Shown in pieces: positions 19,407 through 30,415 of a DNA stretch of 64,000 nucleotides. The notes below the pieces were generated by a model. The model saw nothing but the letters and a program-made list of their open reading frames with translations, was not told the origin of the DNA and did no database searches. The first letter of the stretch is position 1. Each line of letters starts with the position of its first letter. Source of the stretch: a virus (lineage: Duplodnaviria > Caudoviricetes); IMG/VR virus record IMGVR_UViG_3300033121_001553, positions 32,001 to 96,000 of that record; one strand, given 5' to 3'. The translations under genes were made by a program, and so were the position numbers.

Positions 19407-20473
19407 AGCACATCCAAAAATTGATCAACAGCACTTACAACATCGAAAGTAAGCCCATGGGCGTTACCAAACTTCAACAGCTCATATTCTTGCGCCTCAA
19501 CAACTTCAGATCTCCATATCATCTGTTCGCTATGGACACGAACTTTCTTGATCAGATCTGATGTTGAGTCAGCAACGCTTGACGCACCGAGTATTTCGCT
19601 GTAAGCAAACTCATGAGGAACTATTGCTGGTACATTCGCTGCAATTGCTTCCATGTAACGTGCTGTAACGAATCCGTGCTTTGAGTACTCATCTTTTGCA
19701 ATATGCGTCGTACATATGCAAGATGACAAGAAATTCATCGACTGCTTAAAGTCAAGTCTATCACCAAACATAACGTTCGGGTACGACTGGATCAGCAAAC
19801 TTGGATCAAATCTCTCTTTTGAACGTTGCAGCCAATTTCCGTTAACACGCGTTTGAATTCCTATCGATCTGAGCGATCCGGCTGGAAACGCGTAGTACTT
19901 TTCAAACTGTAGTGCACGTTCGTAGTTATTTCCAACGTATCCATACGTGTACGAATAACCTGGATGCTTGCACCAGCTAAACTTTTTCCCAGGCTTGAAA
20001 AAGAAAGGGTACGGTATTCTTGTCATTCCAGCAACTGTACGTGGACTAATGCATGGATCGAATATCGTAATGTTATCGTACTTATTAAGTATTTTTTCGT
20101 CTTCGATCGTCATCTTCATGTCCATATCCCAGATGACGACTGGTATGTTGCCGCAGTAATGTTCAAGCAGCTCTTTCTGTCGTAGATAGTCTGGTTCGTC
20201 GCCGAGTAGAACATCTCCGTATACAGAATTTTTATGTGTAATCCATCGCCACTCGACGAGCAACGCATCTATTTCTGGAAGATCATTGCTATACGTAACA
20301 CCAGGGTATGGCGTTTCTTCACGTCTTTGTTGAAGAGCAATTACTTCATGACCACGCGCGATCAGCTCATCAACCATAAGTGGTCGACCAAATCTGTGAC
20401 CATCTGGTGTAGCAGAAGCTTTTGCGTCTTCCCACTTTTCAAGGTATCCCCAGTAACTAATTCCAATTTTCAA
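19403..20473 (-). CDS. GT-B fold glycosyltransferase, candidate DNA-base glycosyltransferase
   Basis: LIARGHEVIAL N-terminal motif, YVGN, and RYMEAIAANVPAIV C-terminal motif; lies between two sugar epimerases. Confidence 0.7.
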   Translation of the reverse strand: MKIGISYWGYLEKWEDAKASATPDGHRFGRPLMVDELIARGHEVIALQQRREETPYPGVTYSNDLPEIDALLVEWRWITHKNSVYGDVLLGDEPDYLRQKELLEHYCGNIPVVIWDMDMKMTIEDEKILNKYDNITIFDPCISPRTVAGMTRIPYPFFFKPGKKFSWCKHPGYSYTYGYVGNNYERALQFEKYYAFPAGSLRSIGIQTRVNGNWLQRSKERFDPSLLIQSYPNVMFGDRLDFKQSMNFLSSCICTTHIAKDEYSKHGFVTARYMEAIAANVPAIVPHEFAYSEILGASSVADSTSDLIKKVRVHSEQMIWRSEVVEAQEYELLKFGNAHGLTFDVVSAVDQFLDVL

Positions 20474-21492
20474 AATAGTCGCTCCTTCCAGCTTCTTGGT
20501 ATATTCAGCGGTGAGTTATAAACTTCTATCGGCGTATGATAAACAAAGTTACGTGTACCACGCTTACGAATGTAAGCAACTACTGAATTAATATTCTCTT
20601 CTAGAGAAATCGTTTGTTTGAAATTGAAACGTTGCTTGATTTTATCGCTGCTGCACATACTAAGCTTTACTTCTGTCGGTCTTGGCTCTATGTACAGTGG
20701 ATCAAGTGACTTGAATCCTACACTGTCTGCTATCATAGATGCTAGACGATTCACAGTAACAAATTCTTTTGGATCATCTGGACCAATGTTGAATACCTCG
20801 CCGTGCTCGATCCTAGCATCAAGCAGCATCACAAGCGTTTGAATGTTATCTCTTACATCGCAGAATCCACGTGCTTGCTGACCGTCACCGTAGATAATCG
20901 GTTGACGTCCTTGAAGCATCATGTTAGCCATGATGCTCATAACATTTCTGAACGGATCATCGTATCTTTGCCTTGGTCCATTAACATTGTGCGGTACAAC
21001 GTGGCACACTTCTACATCGTGTAGTTTGCCAACGAGATTCATCTGCTGCTCAGCGAACAGCTTTGCTTGCCCGTATGGATCAACGGGTGATGGTACGCTT
21101 GACTCTCTGTACGGTAGCGTACCATGACCGTAACGCGCCATTGAAGACATATTAACAACTCGCTTTACGCGAGCATTAGCAGCAGCTGTGATAACAGCCG
21201 TAGACGAGCCAACTATGTTCTGTGTTATTGCGGTTGGCGCGAACACAGAATAACCTTCGTACGCAGCCGCTGCAGCATGATAAACAAAGTCAACGCCAAC
21301 AAAGCAGTCAACAAGTTTTGTATAGTCTTCAAGGCTACGATTAACAAATTGAAAGTTCTTATGAACTGGAATGTTATCAGCATAACCACTTGATAGATTG
21401 TCTATTCCGACTACGTTGTGCCCAAGCTCGAGAAGAGCATCGCACAACCAGCTACCGATCAAACCGGCGCAGCCAGTTACAATGATTTTCAT
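20470..21492 (-). CDS. NAD-dependent NDP-sugar epimerase/dehydratase
   Basis: TGCAGLIG, SSMARYG, YGQAK, HNVNGP and GDGQQAR motifs. Confidence 0.92.
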   Translation of the reverse strand: MKIIVTGCAGLIGSWLCDALLELGHNVVGIDNLSSGYADNIPVHKNFQFVNRSLEDYTKLVDCFVGVDFVYHAAAAAYEGYSVFAPTAITQNIVGSSTAVITAAANARVKRVVNMSSMARYGHGTLPYRESSVPSPVDPYGQAKLFAEQQMNLVGKLHDVEVCHVVPHNVNGPRQRYDDPFRNVMSIMANMMLQGRQPIIYGDGQQARGFCDVRDNIQTLVMLLDARIEHGEVFNIGPDDPKEFVTVNRLASMIADSVGFKSLDPLYIEPRPTEVKLSMCSSDKIKQRFNFKQTISLEENINSVVAYIRKRGTRNFVYHTPIEVYNSPLNIPRSWKERLF

Positions 21493-21548
21493 ATGATGAA
21501 TTATATGAATTTTATGGCTATGTTACAACTTGTAGAATTGCAACAAAT

Positions 21549-21752
21549 TAATTTTTTACCAACAACTATGTTGAAACGACAATGTACAATATCGTCATGA
21601 CCAGAAGACGCAGACACAAAAGTTGGACAGGCTCCATCTCCAACGTCTGCTAGTTGTTTTACAAGACAAGCAATTGCTTGAGCTGCCTCTTCTCGTGACA
21701 GCTCAAGCATAAATTCAGTAGTGTCTTTTGACAGCTTATGCAACTTTGCCAT
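21549..21752 (-). CDS. Small hypothetical protein
   Basis: Ends VVGKK-TTA at 21549-21551; the standard-code tail (to 21501) is AT-rich and intergenic-like. Confidence 0.65.
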
Positions 21753-21792
21753 AAAAACAAAATTACATAAATTGAAATATTGCTACAAAAGA

Positions 21793-22389
21793 TAAAACAA
21801 GCGCAGACTTCTTTAGTCTTTGCTGCAGAAGATAGCAGCTTGACTCATGCTCATCTTCTATGCCAGCAAGCATATTGTCAACACCACGCGTCAAAGTACC
21901 GCTTTCTTTCATGCAGTCTGCTGCTGATGCACAAAATGCCATGAACGTAACCTCAGCTTTGAGTGCCATTGACGCAAGCTGCTCTGCTGACGCACCTGTT
22001 GCCGAAGCGCCATCGCACATTACTTCAAACGCGTCTTGCACTAGTTCAGCGTGAGTTACGCAACTCACGATCGAAGAGTCGCCGCTGGTGCCAACAGCTT
22101 TTTCTGCGAGAACGTCAACATTACCGTCTGCCGTACCATACAACCGTGAGAATAGTTCATGATCTGCGTAAAACTGTTGACCCATCGTCTGCCAATGACA
22201 CGTCTGCAGTATCATAGCAAGAGCACGTGCACACGCAGCAAGAACGGCAAGCTCGCACGACTTTGAGCCACCAAGCTTTTCGCACATATTTTCAAAAATA
22301 AGCGCGTAGTTCGTTTGTCCAAGCAAAAGAACAAACGTAGCTTCATCAAGCTTACGATGCTTAGATGAAGAGGAAGTTATTTTTCTCAA
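21793..22389 (-). CDS. Dps/ferritin-like protein
   Basis: HWQTMG..FYADHELFSRLY...VDVLAEK and DEHE...YLLQQR motifs. Start may be ATG 22287. Ends KSALV-TTA (standard stop 21763). Confidence 0.8.
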
Positions 22390-22654
22390 GTTCTATTCTC
22401 CTCTGTTCCATTTCATCTGCGTGCTTTACAACTTCAGCATACAACTTTTTACGATCCCATTCCATTCCAAAGCTTTTACGTGCTTTAACATACTGAACGA
22501 CCGCAGCTGACTCCCAGCCACGGTCGAGCGTTCTGCGTCCGTACATCTCATAAATGTCACGTGCAGCATTGAAATAGTCGTACTTCGTTGGATCATCTGG
22601 AGCTTTGACAGCTTCAGACAGAAGTTTTTTTAGTTCAGATTTCCTAATTCTCAC
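22361..22654 (-). CDS. Hypothetical protein with propeptide-like N-terminus
   Basis: MRIRKSELKKLLSE; TAGTTA motif upstream. Confidence 0.75.
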   Translation of the reverse strand: MRIRKSELKKLLSEAVKAPDDPTKYDYFNAARDIYEMYGRRTLDRGWESAAVVQYVKARKSFGMEWDRKKLYAEVVKHADEMEQRRIELEKNNFLFI

Positions 22655-22663
22655 GTTACATAA

Positions 22664-23224
22664 CTATACATCTGTTATGTAACTCGACCATGACTCGTGC
22701 CATCCATGCACATCTGATCTACGCACGTATTTGCTTATGAAATGATAACGATCAGGAATCTTTGGCTTCGCGAACTTCATCGTGAGACCTGATTCTTCGA
22801 GTGTGCTTGCCCCTTTCTTCGCATTGCATGGCAGGCAAGAAGTAATACAGTTCAGCCATGAATTTTCCCCGCCAAGCGAACGAGGTTTTATATGGTCAAT
22901 TGTAGCTGACTTACTATTCACTGGATCACCACAGTAAGCGCATCTCCACTTGTCTCTGTTGAAAATAACATTTTTACTGAACTGTAGTCTTGACGGCATG
23001 AATCTGCTTCTGTCTTCTCTTAGGCGCAAGACAGCTGGCAAAACGTGCTTCGAACCTTTAGACGGCCATGTGTCTATCAAGTCAACGACACCACGTCTAT
23101 GCAAGCTTATAGCTCTCTGGTACGATACAAATCGTAGCGGTCTCCACGCTGTATCAAGCAACAAACAGTCATTCTCGTAATTCGTTTTATTTCTTTTTGA
23201 CATCGTCGTGCGCTCCCGTAGCAT
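22664..23224 (-). CDS. HNH endonuclease (McrA-like)
   Basis: RDKWRCAYCG, TIDHIKPRSLGG, W.NCITSCLPCNAKKG motifs. Confidence 0.92.
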   Translation of the reverse strand: MLRERTTMSKRNKTNYENDCLLLDTAWRPLRFVSYQRAISLHRRGVVDLIDTWPSKGSKHVLPAVLRLREDRSRFMPSRLQFSKNVIFNRDKWRCAYCGDPVNSKSATIDHIKPRSLGGENSWLNCITSCLPCNAKKGASTLEESGLTMKFAKPKIPDRYHFISKYVRRSDVHGWHESWSSYITDV

Positions 23225-23226
23225 TT

Positions 23227-26200
23227 TAACACAAGTCGTCTTGTTTTGTACGCTGATGTGCTGATGCCTCTTTCATCTCTTGCAAGTTCTGCGATATAGA
23301 TTGAGCCAACTGTTATGGTCTCTGTTGGCTTTAGTCCCCAACAGAAAAATCTTTGAACAATTCCTGCATAACCCAACCCATCAATAACAGCAAAATCTTT
23401 ACCTGTTTTTGTCTTTTTTACACGTACTTCTGTCGTCAGAAACCAGCATAGCCTTGTCTCACCAATCTGCAAATCATCGATAGACAGTATACCACGTTGT
23501 TCCAGTCTCTCTTGGATATGCGATGGTATAAGCTGATTTGTATCGAACTTCCCAAGTAGCTCTGTCATATGCTCGATTTTTTCTGGAATGCTCCAGTCTT
23601 CATCAGACTGACTTACCATCAAATCGACGAGCATGTTCTTACCATTCTTCTTTTTTAGCTTATCGTAGTTACCGATTATGATGCTATGCATAGAAGCGTA
23701 CGACTTGAATGCGCACGGATCGCTACTATCAACAATTTTCATTGACTCAAAAGCGCCAACTTTGATCAAATTCTCGAACACTCTTTTGTTGAACTTGCTG
23801 TGTTTCCATGTACCATCATCGTTCCACAGCAACTCAAAAAGAGAGTTATAGGGTCGATTTTCCAGTATCTCTTCGATAGCTGCTGAGCCGACACCCTTTA
23901 CTGTTTTAAACGATGGAATAAGTAGCTTTTCGTCGTGTGAGCTCACGCTCCACTCTGCTGTAGACTCGTTGATATCAACACTACCGATCTTGTAGCCAAG
24001 CGAACGTATCTCGTTCATTGCTACGATGCGTGACTCTGGATCTCCAAGCATTGTTTCTGCGTACGCGCACAGCCACTCGGGCGCGTAGTACGTCAGTAGA
24101 TACGCGCACATATACGAGTCAACTGAGTACGCGACTGCATGCGATGAGTTGAACGCGTAGCTTGCGAACGCCGCCAAGTCATCGAAGAGTCTACGTGCCT
24201 TGTCTTCAGCGAGACCATTCGCAACAGCACCAGTGATAAACTTCTCTTCGAGGATCTGAATTGCCGACTTTTGTCCACTTTGACCAGAAACGCTGCGCTT
24301 CAAAATATTCTTGCGAAGCTTATCGCAGTCATCTTCGTTCATGCCTGATAGCTCAGCTGCTAGCTGCATGAGCTGCTCTTGAAATATGCAGAAACCATAC
24401 GTTTTACCGAGTACTTTTTCTATCGCAGGATGATCGTACTTCTTGACAAAGCCAGCTTCAGCAGCGTTCTTTGCCTCGATGTACTTCTTATCAACATCAG
24501 CCGCGAGCGGACCGGGCCTGTAGATCGACGTTGCAACAGATAGGTCATATATGCTACGCGGCTTGAAGTTCATGATGAAACGCTGCGTATGCTTCGCTGT
24601 AAATTGAAATATGCCAGCGAAGTTACCGTTGTGAAACACGTTTTCGTAAACATGCTGATCGTCCATCGCATTCACGTCTGGATGCAACGTTTCTTCGATC
24701 CACTTTTTGACGTTCGGCCATGAAACATGAACGTACCCATGACGACGTTTCAATATGAGTTCAACTGCACGCTCAATGATACGCAACGTTTCAAGACCAA
24801 GAAGATCGAACTTAATGAGCCCGTAGACCTCGAGATCTTTTCTATTCATGCCCTCTGTCCACGGCGTACGCAGCTCGCCTTGAGCAGCTATGATCGGCAT
24901 CGCTCTGTCAGCATCTTCAGTTACAATCACACCGCCAGCATGCTTACCGATGCTACGTAGCTGCCTGTACAAGATTCTCGTAGGCGACTCAATCTGCGGG
25001 TACTTTTCGATAAAGGTACGAAACTTATCGCTATACTTCATGCAGTCGTCGAACTTTAGCATGAAGAGCGACTTGTTTTCGCCGTCTGGCATAGCCTTCG
25101 GTCTGACTTCTTCGTCAAGAAAACGTGTTGCTTCGTTAACTTCAGCAAAGTCAATCCCGTAAAATCGTGAGATGTCTTTCACCAGAGACTTAAGCTGCAG
25201 CGTGTTGTAGTTGACAATCGGATAAACATTTTCGTTACCAAACTGCTCACGCATCATCTCGATCAACGTTTCTCTGTTTGAAACGTCTGTGTCAACGTCT
25301 GGTGGATCCTTACGAGATGCACTAATGAATCTGCTGAACAGTAGATTATGCTTCAGTGGATCAAGCTGCGTTATTCCAAGTATGTAGTTCACAAGTGAAC
25401 CACAACCAGATCCACGCCCTGGTCCAACGAGTCCAACGCCGTCTGCAATATCGATGATCGACTTCATCGTAATGAAGTAAAGTGAGAAGTCTTTCTCGCG
25501 AATCATCTTTAGTTCTGTCTTAAGCCTATCGATGTACTCAGGCTTGTCTTGTATCTTGCGTTTCTTCATGCCAGCTTTGCACAGTTCGACAAGATAACCG
25601 AACGGATCCATGCCAGCTGGCACCAAAAAACGTGGCAACTTCATCGTTGTATCTGGTTGCACATCTCCTATCATTTCATGAGCTATGCTCCACGTATCTT
25701 CTATCGCTTTTGAGATGACATCATCTTCGTAAAACGACATACCATCGCAGTAGTCTTTATAAGACCGCCACATCTGCTCAGCGTTCTTCGGATAAAGCTC
25801 GCACTTGAGAGCAGACTGATCTTGCGGTAGCATTGACGGATCTATCTGCTCGTAGTTAAGCCGTCCAAGACGTTTGTAAAGCTCACGCTCTCTCCACAGC
25901 TCAGGTCTGCAGTAGTGTGAGTCTGCTGTCGCGATTGGGCTTAGACCATTACGTTTGCAAAATTCAAGCAAAGCTCTGTTAACGAGATGCTGTTCTTCGA
26001 GTTTGTTGAACTGAATCTCGTGAAATACGTTCTCAGCGCCAACAGCGTCTACAAGCTGATCGTGCGTATTACCGATCGCACGAAGAACTTTTTCCATCTT
26101 CGTTGGATCATCTAGCACTTTCCAGTTAAGCTGACTCTTATCTAGATCTGAGAGCGAATAGAAAGTATCGTACGCAAAAGGTCCACCGATGCAAGCTGAA

Positions 26201-26736
26201 CTTACTATTACGTCTTTTCCATATTCTTTAAGCATTGCTCTGTCAATGCGAGGAAACTTATAGAACCCTCGCTTGTTAGACAGCGAAACAAGCTTAAAAA
26301 TATTCTTCAGTCCTTCAGACGACTTCGCTAGCAGCACAAGATGATGTCGACGCTTTACAGGATTGAACCACTTGCTTGCATCTTTTGTCTCTTCTTCGTT
26401 CTCTATTGTGCTGCCGTCATCTTCATCTGACTTTTTCTTCTTTTCTCGCATCTCTTCTAGATGCGCTTCGTAGTGTGCACGCCATTCAGTCAAGTCGGGA
26501 TGATAGTACGCTTCAACGCCGGGAAGAAATTTGAATTTCTTCCCCGCTTTGTTCATGGCAACTGAATTTTGATGCGCATGCGGAAACATGTTCATATTTC
26601 CATGATCTGTAAGTGCAAGCGCATCCATGCCATTCTCAAAAGCGAAGTTCTGATGCTCGTCTGGATACCCAAGCCCGTCCATCATCGAGCCAACAGAATG
26701 CGCATGCAGTCCAACGAATTTTTTTGGAGCGTTCAT
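23227..26736 (-). CDS. dnaE: DNA polymerase III alpha subunit (family C)
   Basis: PHP domain (LHAHS, TDHGN), GPGRGSG, PPDVDTD, KHAGGV, KFDLLGL and YAFNSSHA motifs. Ends RRLV-TTA 2 nt before the next ATG (the standard stop at 23107 overlaps the HNH gene by 118 nt). Confidence 0.95.
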
Positions 26737-26738
26737 CT

Positions 26739-26963
26739 TTATTTGCTTTCGTCAGCAACAACTACACCGTTGCTAAGACACATATTACATTTGTAGTGTT
26801 TATGTGGAATTACTATATCGCAGCTTCCACAGAATATCATCTCAATGATATTTTGCTTGCTGCCATAACAAACATAGCTGTCTACGTAGCGTGAATTACG
26901 TAGACAGCTATGACATGTCGTTACTTCGCAAGCAAGCAAAGAGCTCAACGAACAGAGCTTCAA
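26739..26963 (-). CDS. Small Cys-rich (zinc-ribbon-like) protein
   Basis: Three CxxC motifs; fills the gap between neighbours; start uncertain. Confidence 0.5.
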   Translation of the reverse strand: MKLCSLSSLLACEVTTCHSCLRNSRYVDSYVCYGSKQNIIEMIFCGSCDIVIPHKHYKCNMCLSNGVVVADESK

Positions 26964-27283
26964 GTTTTTCTCAGACGGTTAAAAAATCTCTCAGCAGAAC
27001 GCATCGCGTGTTTGATGTACGCAGATCCAGTTGGATTCGAAGAGTGAACATCCCACTCTGGAAATCCATTTAGCTTTCCAAGAGCAGCGAGCTTTTCTAT
27101 GTAACACGCGACAACATAACCGCTTGCTGACTTTTCACCGAGATCGTGATCGAAAGAGATGTGTGTTACATCACCGCGTTTGATCAGTCTACAAGCTTGC
27201 AGCGCAGTTTCGCAGCCGATCCATCCAGCCGGTGTTCTACGATCGCAGTCTTCGTTGCACTTATCATCAAGCCAGACTTTCAT
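26960..27283 (-). CDS. Cyclic-phosphate-processing receiver-like (cREC) domain protein
   Basis: VWLDD...R.PAGW, ISFDHDLG, GY and HSSNPTG motifs; ATG 27283. Confidence 0.75.
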   Translation of the reverse strand: MKVWLDDKCNEDCDRRTPAGWIGCETALQACRLIKRGDVTHISFDHDLGEKSASGYVVACYIEKLAALGKLNGFPEWDVHSSNPTGSAYIKHAMRSAERFFNRLRKT

Positions 27284-27683
27284 TTTTAACCTCGGCGGGA
27301 GCAAAGCAGAATTGCTTTCCGCAGCTGAAGCATGAAATCGTGAAGTGTTCGAACGGGTGCAGTTCGCATTTCTTTACGATCATGTTTTTCTTTATGACGA
27401 AAATCGTTTCAAGACCGCAAAACTTGCATGTGAATTTGTGCGTATATCCGTCTTCCGTGCATCGCATTCGGTATTTGTTGATCGGCAACAAATTGTTGCG
27501 CTGCGCTTCGAGGTCACGTTTTTCAGATGTTCTGTACGTTTCTCTGCACGTTTCCGGAAACCCCTTTGCATCATCGTCTTTACTTTTGAACTTCGATTGT
27601 ACGCACGTAGTCAAAAGTACAACCACAGTCATCGCCCAAGGAAGAAACAACAAAACGATGAAGGTCATTTTATCGATCGACAT
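27267..27683 (-). CDS. Membrane-anchored zinc-finger-like hypothetical protein
   Basis: C-terminal part of track ORF 27267..28526. Has its own ATG, an N-terminal TM, and CKFC and CFSC motifs. Confidence 0.7.
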   Translation of the reverse strand: MSIDKMTFIVLLFLPWAMTVVVLLTTCVQSKFKSKDDDAKGFPETCRETYRTSEKRDLEAQRNNLLPINKYRMRCTEDGYTHKFTCKFCGLETIFVIKKNMIVKKCELHPFEHFTISCFSCGKQFCFAPAEVKNESLA

Positions 27684-27698
27684 GATCAAATTTGCGCG

Positions 27699-28526
27699 TA
27701 ATATCTCAAACACAAACTGCACTTTTGGATCACCGTAGTCAGCGTCACCAACGTTCACAAGTACATTCTTCATTTCAAGATGCCTGCATCGACCATGCGT
27801 ATGACCGCTGTATATCTCGAACAGAACATTTTCGTGTTCTTCGGCACGTTCGGATATGAGAGCGCCAAGCGAAGCATTACAGTACCATGGAAGAAATCCA
27901 GTACCTGACTTCGTTCCTCTGTACATACAAGCATCAACGTAAGGCGGCACATGCGTAGCGATGATGATTTTTTTCGCACCATCAGCAAGCGCTGTATCAA
28001 TTTTATTGATAAGCGCATTGTTATCATCACGCGCTATTTGCTTCGCGCATCGAGCGACAACATCTTTCATTGTGTTAAGAATCTGCGGCGACAGCACACC
28101 GCCTGTCGTCATCATGAATTCTTCTATTGAACGCCAGTCGTTCATGACAAAGTTAGCTGCGTTGTAGTTACCAGCCAACGTATCGTACCAGCCGTCGCAT
28201 CCAACAAGCGCAACATCACCAAAACGTATTGGCGTAGACTGCGTTAGATAAACAAGATCTTCCAGCTTCGACAACGCAGGAAAAACTTTTTTACGCATCT
28301 GTTTGATGCTGCCACCGTAGTAGTCGTGGTTGCCAGCAACGTAATAAATCGGCAGCAATGTCAGCTGCTGTAGTTGCGTTAGATGACTAGCGAAGTCTAT
28401 CGAGTTTGAGATATCGCCCGTGAGCAACACAGCATCAGCGTCTTCACACGATATGCGAGACGCCAGCTTAAGTGCGCAGTCACGGGCACTATCGAGGTGA
28501 ACATCGGTGCACCATGCTATCTTCAT
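27699..28526 (-). CDS. Calcineurin-like metallophosphoesterase
   Basis: TDVH, TGDI, GNHD, THVPP and GHTH motifs. Domain ends QFVFEI, then TTA at 27699-27701. Confidence 0.9.
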
Positions 28527-28567
28527 GTATTAATAATACTTCATTTACATGGTGCATTGCACACATT

Positions 28568-29050
28568 TAATTTAACTTCAATCTTTATTGACTTTTCTAG
28601 CTTTTTATTCACTCGAACAACTAGTAGTCCGTCTTCGTAAGTTGCGCTGAATGATTTTACATCAATATCTTCTGGAAGAAGAAGCACACAAGTGCTTTTA
28701 TCTTTCTTCTGCTTCTGCTTGCATGCGATATTGAGATATCTTTTTTGCTTTTGTGTTTCAACGCTTAGCTCAATGCTATCTTTTTGCGCTCCAGCAATTT
28801 CATGTTCAAGCACATAGCCGCCGTCTCGCTCTTTAAAGCATGACTGTGTATATTCGTCAATAAATGACGTAATCATCAACTGTCCCGTCGTTTGCGGGTA
28901 GATTCTATCATCGTACGGAATGTACGGGTACGGAAACACATTATACTTTTGAAGTTTTTGTCGATCAAACGTTATTGTGTTTGGCGAGACAACATAGTCA
29001 CTGTCATCAAGAATACCATTCATGTTATTAAGAATTTTCTCTAGCATCAT
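28568..29050 (-). CDS. Small heat-shock protein (HSP20/alpha-crystallin)
   Basis: LPEDID...SATYEDGLLVVRV motif and terminal IxI/V motif (IKIEVK) immediately followed by TTA (standard stop 28541). Confidence 0.85.
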
Positions 29051-29095
29051 TTCCTGTTACCTCGAAACTTGTATTTATGCATTCAACGAAAAAAG

Positions 29096-29479
29096 TAAAT
29101 AGCCCTGTTCTATTCTTTTCACATTTACTTTGCCCTTGTTGATATACGCATCGTATAGCTCTTCAGCGCTTATACCAGACGCAATAACAATTTCAAAATA
29201 ATAATGAAGTACATCAACAAGCTCTTCAAGATACAGCCCGTGATCTATCTCATTCGTATCTGTCAGACGATGTCTCTTCGAGTTACGAAGATGCTGTATC
29301 GCTTCGAATAGTTCCCCAACTGTCTCATAAGAGATTTCCTTCAAAAATCTTTGACCATCTTTTGATGATAGATCAACTGGAAAATTTGGAAATCCGCGTT
29401 TCTTCTGCAGCAAGAACATAAATTCCCGTTGCTGCTCCATCATCACATCAAGCTTATCTTTCACCGCTGCTTCATGCAT
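29096..29479 (-). CDS. All-alpha NTP pyrophosphatase (dimeric dUTPase/dCTPase-like)
   Basis: ELFEA, EELVDVLHY and Y..K..VN..R...GY motifs; the terminal GY is followed by TTA (standard stop 29075). Confidence 0.8.
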
Positions 29480-29705
29480 TCTTATCACCGCTAAGTCTCT
29501 TAGCTTCTGCTAGAAGATGCTCAAGATGAGCGACAACCATCTTATCATATTCAGCCGTTTGCACGACTTCTTCATCGTTGTCTGCTATTTCAACACGAAT
29601 TGCCATCATAAGCTCTGTAACATCTGTTCCTGTCATCATAGCTTCTTGCAAAAGCTGCACAATTCGCATAATAAGCTTCGTTGAAAATCTATATTCTTTC
29701 TTCAT
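29472..29705 (-). CDS. Small hypothetical protein
   Basis: ATG 29705 (MKKEYRFS); tightly packed. Confidence 0.7.
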   Translation of the reverse strand: MKKEYRFSTKLIMRIVQLLQEAMMTGTDVTELMMAIRVEIADNDEEVVQTAEYDKMVVAHLEHLLAEAKRLSGDKNA

Positions 29706-29716
29706 AATTTCCAATT

Positions 29717-30415
29717 TAACTTGAAAGGTTCAGCAATACAACCATTTGAGTTAATAAGAGCAAAAGCCTCCAACGATAGTCTAAAATTACCGTTTGCAAC
29801 AAGTTGCTCTATCATCTTTCTTGCAAGCTCACGTACTTCGTACTGCGCGTGTACTGAGTAACGCAACTTCACAAAATGCACAAAACTACGAAAATTGAAC
29901 ATCACATCAGCTTTTATTTGATTACCGTACGGTAGATAAAATCTTGCTGACTCTTTTGCTCTCTTACGGGAGATGCCAGACGCAACTAGTCTATCGAGAC
30001 AGCTGTGATATCTGCTCAACGACTCTTCCATATGCGAGATATACAGCAACTGTTCTTCTTCGCTCCAGTCTGATGGAACATAGAATTTATCATCCTTCAG
30101 CTCTTTATAACGTGCTGACTCTGTGTTGACTGAAACGCCTATGCGATGCTTCAGTATATGAATATGCGTTGCTATGTCTGTCGTCACGATAAAATGAATC
30201 GAGCTTTTTTCGAAAGGCGTTTCGTGACCATTGCTAGCAAGCATCGTAAGCAGCTGACCTACACGTCCACGTTTATCATCAGTTAGCTCTCTCGACGTTG
30301 ATGTCCACGCTGACAACGCGTGTGTTTCATCACCGCCGTAAGTGCCAACAAGCTCTATTTTATTATCGTACAACTCATTTGTATTTTTCAACGATATACT
30401 CCACGAATAGATCAT
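29717..30415 (-). CDS. thyX: Flavin-dependent thymidylate synthase
   Basis: GHETPFE, KHR...NTESARY, ESARFYLP, NFRS...F..LR and HAQYEVR motifs. Ends EPFK-TTA (standard stop 29702); start uncertain. Confidence 0.92.

Noticed and set aside
22661-22666. TAG-TTA as tandem stops supporting the recoding (also 52874-52879)
   Set aside because: The same hexamer TAGTTA is the candidate late-promoter motif, so it is not independent evidence.
23107-23226. Cys/Arg-rich C-terminal extension of DnaE
   Set aside because: It lies after the TTA and is an alternate-frame reading of the HNH gene.
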